The translations under genes and the position numbers were made by a program. From Verrucomicrobiia bacterium (GTDB lineage: Bacteria; Verrucomicrobiota; Verrucomicrobiia; Limisphaerales; Palsa-1400), in assembly GCA_036501665.1 (NCBI GenBank), contig DASXZW010000024.1, positions 1 through 27,895 on the forward strand: a stretch of 27,895 nucleotides of DNA, written 5' to 3'. Positions 9,343-15,713 of this stretch are shown here, piece by piece (position 1 is the first letter of the stretch; each line of letters begins with the position of its first letter). The notes under the pieces were generated by a model that saw nothing but the letters and a program-made list of their open reading frames with translations, was not told the origin of the DNA and did not search any database.

Positions 9343-10566
9343 ATGAGCAAGCGTGCGCCTGACACCAAGGCGTTTTTTGCCGAAATCCGAAAGCACAAGC
9401 ACACGTACAAGCGGTTCCTGGATCGGTTGGACTTGCGGGCGGAGGTCCGCCGCGCCTTGCTCCAATTGCTCAAGGATGATTTTCAAATCGAGCCTTCCAG
9501 CGAGGAAGCCGCTGGCGGAAAGGAACTGATCGAAGCTGCGTCCGCTTTTGAATCCACTCCGTTGAATGACATCCACTGGAAATCATTGGATGAGCAAATG
9601 GTTGGAGCCTTTGCGGCCAAAATGGTGGAAAGTCCCGGTTCGCGTGTCTTCGATGAACCAGTCTTCCAGGCGCTTCACTCTCGCGGCTTGCTTTGGCGCA
9701 AGGGCGAAAAAGGTGACCACTTTGCCACCGCCGCCGGCTTCCTGCTCTTTGGCGTCCGTCCGGGCGACCGTTACCCTCAATGCGAAATCCTCGTTGATGC
9801 TTACGCCGACACGAAAATCTCCGGCAAACCGCGCGGTCAGGTCAATATCAATATCGCTTTGCCCAAGGCCATTGACCAAATTCTCGAATTTGTGGACAAA
9901 CACACGTTCCACCCGACTCGTGTCGTCGGCATCAACAATATCGCGCTGGATGAATACCCGCAGCGGGCGCTCCGCGAAGCCCTCGTCAATGCCGTCGCAC
10001 ACCGCAATTACGAGGACGCCAGCCGCAAAATCGCCGTTCAAGTCTTTTCCGACCGCATTGTTGTGGCCAGCCCCGGTTATCCGCCATCACCCCTGACGTT
10101 GGCAAAACTCCGTCGCGGCAACTATCGTCCCTGCTCTCGCAATTCCGTGATTGCCCAAGCCCTCGCGACGATGAACCTCATGGAACAGCGCGGCAGCGGT
10201 TTTGCTCGAATGCGCGACACGATGCTCAACCACGGATTGGACGCCCCCATTTACGGTCAGCAGGACGGTTTTTTCGTCGTCACCTTCCTAGGCCCGAACG
10301 GGAATTACGAACGGCTGAGACTCCCGGATGGCGCTGTTGGATTTATTTCGCCTGCCGTTGAAGCTCAACTCAACGAACGGCAAAAGCGGATTATGGTTCA
10401 AGTGCAAAGAGAAGGTTTCGTGACCAGCGGGTGGTGCCGAAGAGAATTGCCAGTCGTTTATGATACGATTCGCCGGGACTTGCTTGGCTTGGTCAGACTT
10501 GGGCTTATCCAAGTGCGTGGTCGAGGAAGGAACGCCCACTACATTCCCAAAAATGGGCGCGAATAA
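9343..10566 (+). CDS. AlbA_2 / HATPase_c_4-type putative DNA-binding regulator with C-terminal winged HTH (often annotated RecG-like ATP-binding protein)
   Basis: ALREALVNAVAHRNYED...IVVASPGYPP...CSRNSVIAQAL..MNLMEQRGSGFARM is the characteristic block of this family. C-terminal wHTH-like: RQKRIMVQVQREGFVTSG...LGLVRLGLIQVRGRGRNAHY. GAGGGAGG SD upstream. Confidence 0.8.
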   Translation: MSKRAPDTKAFFAEIRKHKHTYKRFLDRLDLRAEVRRALLQLLKDDFQIEPSSEEAAGGKELIEAASAFESTPLNDIHWKSLDEQMVGAFAAKMVESPGSRVFDEPVFQALHSRGLLWRKGEKGDHFATAAGFLLFGVRPGDRYPQCEILVDAYADTKISGKPRGQVNINIALPKAIDQILEFVDKHTFHPTRVVGINNIALDEYPQRALREALVNAVAHRNYEDASRKIAVQVFSDRIVVASPGYPPSPLTLAKLRRGNYRPCSRNSVIAQALATMNLMEQRGSGFARMRDTMLNHGLDAPIYGQQDGFFVVTFLGPNGNYERLRLPDGAVGFISPAVEAQLNERQKRIMVQVQREGFVTSGWCRRELPVVYDTIRRDLLGLVRLGLIQVRGRGRNAHYIPKNGRE

Positions 10567-10607
10567 TCTACCGATAATCTACCGATTTTTTTGGATAATC
10601 TACCGAT
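10563..10607 (+). repeat. Three direct copies of ATAATCTACCGAT, overlapping the stop of the regulator gene and upstream of the que operon
   Basis: Copies lie at 10563..10575, 10574..10586 and 10595..10607, with spacings of 11 and 21 bp. The last copy runs into the inverted repeat CCGATT-N6-AATCGG (10603..10620). Confidence 0.75.
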
Positions 10608-10809
10608 TTGCAAGAATCGGAGGGCAGTTAATTCACGGGCAATCGAGGGGTACAGGTGCAGGTGGACTAAGGCACAACCTGGCGTGATCAGTTCGGTCTG
10701 GGCTTCGTTTGTCCGGTTTTATGTGCCGTTTCGCAACCGAAGCTTATTTGAATTTCAACCAAATTTGATTCCATCTGGAACGCCGAGGTGTCACAATGGA
10801 GCGGCAAAG

Positions 10810-11274
10810 ATGAAACGCAATCGCAACCGCAAATACGCAGCTCTGACGCTCCTGGGAAACTCCCAGGCAGCGTTTCCCAAGTCCCCTCAGAAGGCAACGC
10901 TTGAAGTGTTTGCGAATACCCACCCACAGCGCGATTACTCAATCCGCATTGACTGCCCTGACTTCACGTCGCTCTGCCCCGTGACCTGCCAACCCGATTT
11001 CGCCGAGATCGTTGTTGATTATATTCCCGATGCCCGTTGCATCGAGACGAAATCACTCAAGCTTTATTTGGCTTCGTATCGCAACGTGCATTCGTTCAAC
11101 GAAGCGGTAATCAATCGCATTCTCGACGATTTGGTTCGATCCTGCCAACCGCGCCGAATGCGAATCGAGGGTCACTTCGCCGCCAGAGGCGGACTTGCCC
11201 TCACCGTGATCGCGGCATATCCGCAAAGCGAAATTGACGCCGGTCGTCCCGTCCGAAAAGGAGGTAAAATATGA
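10810..11274 (+). CDS. queF: NADPH-dependent 7-cyano-7-deazaguanine (preQ0) reductase, unimodular type
   Basis: LTLLGN, FTSLCPVTCQPDF (catalytic Cys context) and ETKSLKLYLASYRN (QueF motif) match B. subtilis-type QueF. GGAG lies 9 nt upstream of the ATG at 10810. The upstream in-frame extension from 10591 was rejected. Confidence 0.9.
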   Translation: MKRNRNRKYAALTLLGNSQAAFPKSPQKATLEVFANTHPQRDYSIRIDCPDFTSLCPVTCQPDFAEIVVDYIPDARCIETKSLKLYLASYRNVHSFNEAVINRILDDLVRSCQPRRMRIEGHFAARGGLALTVIAAYPQSEIDAGRPVRKGGKI

Positions 11275-11975
11275 AAACAAAAGTTGTCGTACTCGTCAGC
11301 GGCGGAATGGATTCCGTTTCCGCCCTCTACGAAGCGCATCAGCAATACATTGTCACCGCCGCGCTCAGTTTTGACTACGGCTCAAAGCACAACCACAAAG
11401 AGATTCCATTTGCCGCGTGGCATTGTCAGAAACTCGGTATTCCTCACCACGCCATCTCTCTTGATTTTGTCGGCCAACTTTTCAAGTCTGACCTCTTGAA
11501 GTCCGGCGGCGCGATTCCAGACGGTCACTACGAAGAGCAAAGCATGAAGCAAACTGTCGTGCCCTTCCGTAACGGCATTATGCTCTCAATTGCCGGAGGC
11601 TTCGCTGAGTCCATAGAGGCGAACGGGTTGGTCATTGCTGCTCACTCAGGGGACCACGCCATTTATCCCGACTGCCGAGAGGATTTCATGAAGTCGATGG
11701 CAGATGCGCTTCGACTTGGCACGTACGCCGCCGTCGAAATCCTGCGCCCATTCATTCACCGGACAAAGGCTCAGATTGCCCAGCGCGGACACGACCTCGG
11801 TGTCGATTTCTCAAAAACCTGGTCATGCTATAAAGGGGGTGACATCCACTGCGGCACATGCGGCACATGCGTTGAACGCCGTGAAGCGTTCATGCTCACT
11901 GGACTTCCCGACCCGACAATTTACGCTGAAACCTCAACTCTGCCCCCGAAGCCGGCGGCAGCCATCCACACCTGA
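11271..11975 (+). CDS. queC: 7-cyano-7-deazaguanine synthase
   Basis: PP-loop: VVLVSGGMDS. C-terminal Zn site: CYKGGDIHCGTCGTCVERREAF. ATGA overlap with queF. Confidence 0.95.
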   Translation: MKTKVVVLVSGGMDSVSALYEAHQQYIVTAALSFDYGSKHNHKEIPFAAWHCQKLGIPHHAISLDFVGQLFKSDLLKSGGAIPDGHYEEQSMKQTVVPFRNGIMLSIAGGFAESIEANGLVIAAHSGDHAIYPDCREDFMKSMADALRLGTYAAVEILRPFIHRTKAQIAQRGHDLGVDFSKTWSCYKGGDIHCGTCGTCVERREAFMLTGLPDPTIYAETSTLPPKPAAAIHT

Positions 11976-11976
11976 A

Positions 11977-12669
11977 ATGCTCATCTCGGAGATTTTTTAC
12001 TCCCTTCAGGGCGAAGGCGAACTCACTGGTATCCCCTCGGTATTCGTCCGCACTTCGGGCTGTAACCTCCGTTGCAATTGGTGCGACACAATGTACGCCT
12101 CCTGGGAACCCGAGGGGACTCAAATGTCGATGGATGAAATCCTCCTCAAGGTGGACTCATTCCCGGCTCAACATTGCGTACTCACCGGAGGCGAGCCAAT
12201 GGTTGCCAAAGAAATCCACGCTCTGGCAACAGCACTTAAAGAGCGAGGTAAGCACATTACCATCGAAACCGCGACGACCGTTCCGCCCAAAAGCATCGCC
12301 TGTGATCTCGCGTCGCTCAGTCCTAAACTCAGCAACTCCACGCCGGACCAACGGTTGCCCGACGCTTGGCGACGAAAACACGATAAATTGCGCTGGCAGC
12401 CCCTTGTCATTCAACAATGGATCGACCATTACCCTTATCAATTAAAATTTGTCATAACGTCGGCAGCCGACCTCAATGAAATTGATTTGCTTTTGAATGA
12501 GGTGAACCGAACAATTCCGCCTATGAAAATCTTGCTAATGCCCGAAGGGACATCAGCAGAGACCATTCGAGGGCGAAACGAAACCCTGGTTGACCTCTGC
12601 AAGCGATATGGCTATCGCTACTGCGACCGTCTCCACGTCCAGCTTTTTGGACACACGCGAGGAACATGA
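11977..12669 (+). CDS. queE: 7-carboxy-7-deazaguanine synthase (radical SAM)
   Basis: MLISEIFYSLQGEGELTGIPSVFVRTSGCNLRCNWCDT is the canonical QueE N-terminus with the radical-SAM Cys cluster. The start lies 1 nt after the queC stop. Confidence 0.93.
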   Translation: MLISEIFYSLQGEGELTGIPSVFVRTSGCNLRCNWCDTMYASWEPEGTQMSMDEILLKVDSFPAQHCVLTGGEPMVAKEIHALATALKERGKHITIETATTVPPKSIACDLASLSPKLSNSTPDQRLPDAWRRKHDKLRWQPLVIQQWIDHYPYQLKFVITSAADLNEIDLLLNEVNRTIPPMKILLMPEGTSAETIRGRNETLVDLCKRYGYRYCDRLHVQLFGHTRGT

Positions 12670-13148
12670 TGCCATATCGTATTTGCAAAACTTTTGAGAT
12701 TGAAAATGGGCACATGCTCTCCAAACATCCTGACCTATGCAAATTTCCCCACGGTCACAGCCGCAAAGTCGAAATCGTTCTTGAGGCGGATTCATTGGAC
12801 GGCAATGAAATGGTCTGCGATTTCAAGGCCGTGACTGAGAGCCTAAACGAGCACCTTAAAACCCTCGACCACGCGATATGTGTCAATACCCAAGACCCGA
12901 ATTTCAAGCAGCTTAAGACCGCCTATGGCGACCGCGTCGTCGCCTTCGAAGCTCTCGACCCCACCACCGAGGTCATCGCCAAAGCGATTTTTGATTTTGC
13001 AAAGTCCAGACTGGTTGCGTACGGCTGCAAACCATCCGCCAAATACCCAATTCGCCCCAACATCCGATTGGTTAAAATCCGTCTCTGGGAAACCAGTAGT
13101 TCTTGGGCGGAGTACTTTGAGGCCAGCGGCACTCCACCACGCGAATGA
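12666..13148 (+). CDS. queD: 6-carboxy-5,6,7,8-tetrahydropterin synthase
   Basis: ICKTFEIENGHML...CKFPHGHSRKVEIVLEA..MVCDFKAV carries the PTPS/QueD Cys and His motifs. ATGA overlap with queE. The start could equally be 12669. Confidence 0.92.
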   Translation: MMPYRICKTFEIENGHMLSKHPDLCKFPHGHSRKVEIVLEADSLDGNEMVCDFKAVTESLNEHLKTLDHAICVNTQDPNFKQLKTAYGDRVVAFEALDPTTEVIAKAIFDFAKSRLVAYGCKPSAKYPIRPNIRLVKIRLWETSSSWAEYFEASGTPPRE

Positions 13149-13960
13149 AATACGCCCACACCAAGCCCCTCGCTGACATACAAAAAACCAGGGACCGGCG
13201 TGGTGTTAAAATCGACAAAGTTGGCGTCTGCGATCTGTCGTTTCCGATCACGGTTCTGGATCGCCAGAACCAGCGCCAGCAGACTGTTGCGACGGTTTCC
13301 ATGTCGGTGAGCCTGCCCCACCATTTCAAAGGCACCCACATGAGCCGATTCCTCGAAGTGCTCTGCCGACACCAGGGCGAAGTGACAATGCGAACGCTGC
13401 CTGCAATTCTTCACGACTTGAAGGATCGCCTCGAATCCGAAGCCGCCCACATCGAAGTTGATTTTGCCTATTTTCTCACCCGCAGAGCCCCGGTCAGTGG
13501 TTCGGAAGCACCAATGGATTACCGTTGCACGTTCATCGGCGAATCAAATGGCTTAAAAGACGATTTTCTTCTCCGCGTCCGTGTCCCTGTGACAACCCTA
13601 TGCCCATGTTCAAAAGAGATCAGCGATTACGGCGCGCATAACCAACGCGGTCTTGTCACTCTCACCGTCCGCCCTGAACGCAAGAATGGCCTCTGGGAAC
13701 TCATCTGGATCGAGGAACTCATCCTCATCGCCGAAAAATCCGCCTCGGCCCCTGTCTATCCTCTGCTCAAACGCCCGGACGAGCGCCACGTCACTATGCA
13801 GGCCTTCGACAATCCAGTCTTCGTCGAGGACGTTGTCCGCAACGCTGCCCGCATCCTGCAAAAGGACAGGCGCATAGCTTGGTTTGAGGTTCGAGCCGTC
13901 AATCAGGAGAGCATCCACAACCATTCCGCTTTTGCCGTGGTGGAGTCCAAAAGTGCGTGA
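13145..13960 (+). CDS. folE2: GTP cyclohydrolase I type 2 (GCYH-IB)
   Basis: DIQKTRDRRGVKIDKVGVCDLSFPI...SLPHHFKGTHMSRF...TTLCPCSKEIS..GAHNQRG is the FolE2/MptA-family pattern. ATGA overlap with queD. Confidence 0.92.
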   Translation: MKYAHTKPLADIQKTRDRRGVKIDKVGVCDLSFPITVLDRQNQRQQTVATVSMSVSLPHHFKGTHMSRFLEVLCRHQGEVTMRTLPAILHDLKDRLESEAAHIEVDFAYFLTRRAPVSGSEAPMDYRCTFIGESNGLKDDFLLRVRVPVTTLCPCSKEISDYGAHNQRGLVTLTVRPERKNGLWELIWIEELILIAEKSASAPVYPLLKRPDERHVTMQAFDNPVFVEDVVRNAARILQKDRRIAWFEVRAVNQESIHNHSAFAVVESKSA

Positions 13961-14216
13961 ACGACCCCATGTCCCTCTGCCACCAGCCTGCCGCTCCCAG
14001 TCCTTGAGCTGCACCTTCCTAAATTCGACTCCGCTGATTTCTGCCGATTTCTGTTGAAATCTGGCTGGTAGGTCTGGAATCCTCTGCTCCAGAGTATGCT
14101 CCGAGCGGATTTGATACGCCAGAGCTTGCCAAACGTGGGAATCGGTTCCTCGGACGCGTTGGATCGGCCGAGGAAAGAAGCGATTTCGCTCAACAAACAT
14201 ATTAAATAGAGGTCCC

Positions 14217-15713
14217 ATGAGACCCAGCGACAAAACATATTTCACGCACCTTCCCACGGGCAAAATTAGGGCGAACCCCTTCAACCCTCGAAAAACCTTC
14301 GACCAAGAGAGCCTAGATGAACTGGCTGCGAGCCTTGCAACTCACGGAGTTTTGCAGCCTCTCATCGTTTACGAAGACGAAACCTTTTTCGTCCTCATCT
14401 GCGGCGAACGCCGCCTGAGAGCCGCCCGTCAAGCCGGTCTGCCAGAAGTCCCAGCCATCGTTCATCCCATTCCCCCGGAAAACCCGCAGATGCTCTCGAT
14501 GATGCTCATCGAAAATCTGCAACGGAAGGAAGTCGATGTGGTGAATGAGTCTGCGGCGATTCGCCTATTGATAGAGGAGCACAACTGGTCCGTGGCCAGG
14601 GTGTCCAGAAGCTTGGGCGCCGGGGCAGCCTACGTCCGAAAACGGTATCTCCTTACTAAATTCAGTGACGTCCTCGTAGCCTTCACGAACAACACGATTT
14701 CATATTCTGAGGCCATCGAACTTGCATCGATTGAGGATGAGACCGTGCGAAAGTGGTTTTTCAGGCGTATCGAATCCGGAGAGCTTGCCGATTTGAAGAA
14801 ACTTGCCACAGCCGTGTCCCGCGATAAGCAGATCCACAACCTTTTGGGGAAAGGAACCTTCCTCAAACAGGCCCTTGATCGGTCCGCCGTCGAGTTTCAA
14901 GTTGATGGCCTTCCGTACTGCGATCCAAAATGTCCACACTACTTTCGAATTAGCTGGGACGAAAAGCAGCAGTACAAGATTCCGCACAGGAAGCCGGGTT
15001 GGGCAGAATTCTGTACAGACAAATGCGGGTCGTGCTACACGCAAAAGGTTAATGCAAAACAAACGAAACTGTCTGCATTGCGCTCCTTGAAGGCCCAAAG
15101 GCCAATCGCCGATGACGACTTTTCTTCGATGATGTGGCTTAATTACGAGGGGAAGTCCTGCCGAACCTGCCCGTGGATGGTGGAGACGACCGCCCTTGAG
15201 GAGGCTGGCCTAACCCCCCCCCCGAAAGCCCACGCCGTTTGCTCTTGCCCCTCCCCTGAATGCTACGATAAACGGACGCACGTTCTCAACAAGCGTGCGT
15301 CCAGACTTGATTTGCAAAAACAGCAATCCGACGATCTCAAACGTAAAATCCTCTTGAAAGAACTGAAAACGCCGTCCAACAAATTGAGTCAGAATCCCCG
15401 TCCCCAACTTACCAAACGGGAGTGTGCCTTCATCCTACTTCAGACCATTTCGCTCCTTGGAGGTCACGCACGTATACGTGACTTCGCGGAACGCCACGGC
15501 TGGGCAGATAAAATGCCCGCCCAGACCTACGCACAAGTGAAATTTGTACGGAATAAGATTCTCGATGAAATGTCCGAGGCAGACCTCTACGAAGCCCTGC
15601 TCAATGAAGCATGCCTCTCCGCAGCTTATACCACCGAGCCCTTTGTCCCGCTCCGGTTTAGGAGGGATGTTCAAAGCGAAGTCCCGGTGCAAACGAAGGA
15701 AGTTGATGAGTAG
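14217..15713 (+). CDS. dpdB: ParB/Srx N-terminal domain protein with a Cys-rich C-terminal half; DpdB-like by synteny with the TGT-like gene
   Basis: NPFNPRKTFDQESLDELAASLATHGVLQPLIV...ICGERRLRAARQAGL is the ParB box with the GERRxRA motif. Its 3' end overlaps the TGT-like gene by 8 nt. GAGG SD upstream. The symbol is assigned by context, not by alignment. Confidence 0.7.
   Translation: MRPSDKTYFTHLPTGKIRANPFNPRKTFDQESLDELAASLATHGVLQPLIVYEDETFFVLICGERRLRAARQAGLPEVPAIVHPIPPENPQMLSMMLIENLQRKEVDVVNESAAIRLLIEEHNWSVARVSRSLGAGAAYVRKRYLLTKFSDVLVAFTNNTISYSEAIELASIEDETVRKWFFRRIESGELADLKKLATAVSRDKQIHNLLGKGTFLKQALDRSAVEFQVDGLPYCDPKCPHYFRISWDEKQQYKIPHRKPGWAEFCTDKCGSCYTQKVNAKQTKLSALRSLKAQRPIADDDFSSMMWLNYEGKSCRTCPWMVETTALEEAGLTPPPKAHAVCSCPSPECYDKRTHVLNKRASRLDLQKQQSDDLKRKILLKELKTPSNKLSQNPRPQLTKRECAFILLQTISLLGGHARIRDFAERHGWADKMPAQTYAQVKFVRNKILDEMSEADLYEALLNEACLSAAYTTEPFVPLRFRRDVQSEVPVQTKEVDE

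Noticed and set aside
9005-9576. ORFs spanning the 235-bp gap between the coupling-protein and regulator genes (9005..9346 plus, 9034..9576 minus, 9123..9473 minus)
   Set aside because: No motifs, and heavy overlap with flanking real genes. The gap does contain a small palindrome, CCAGCG-CAT-CGCTGG (9286..9300), and GGCGAC repeats, which are probably promoter or operator sequence. That was too weak to report as a feature.
219-10607. Whether the two repeat arrays could be CRISPR arrays or transposon terminal inverted repeats
   Set aside because: They are not CRISPR: the units are 7-13 bp with 11-21 bp periodicity and no spacer-sized unique segments. The TIR idea is kept only as a weak hypothesis, because no transposase or recombinase lies between them and the similarity is 9 of 12 nt.
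10591-10809. In-frame upstream extension of queF, and a search for a preQ1 riboswitch in the queF leader
   Set aside because: The extension has no similarity to QueF N-termini, and the ATG at 10810 has a GGAG. I found no small hairpin followed by an A-rich ...AAAAAACUA-type tail typical of preQ1-I riboswitches. Other classes cannot be excluded by eye.
11704-11976. Upstream extension of queE (321-aa version)
   Set aside because: It overlaps the queC 3' end in another frame. The canonical QueE N-terminus begins at 11977.
12923-14284. Long minus-strand ORFs (12923..13450, 13610..14284, 13903..14238)
   Set aside because: They are antisense to queD and folE2. Only about 250 nt of 13610..14284 lies in the folE2-parB gap, and that ORF would need a 350-nt overlap with folE2. 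No motif was recognised. The 256-bp gap (13961..14216) is more likely to hold an internal promoter.
15544-15705. Upstream extension of the TGT-like gene (698-aa version)
   Set aside because: It lies entirely inside the ParB-like gene in another frame. The start at 15706 gives a TGT-like N-terminus and a typical 8-nt coupled overlap.
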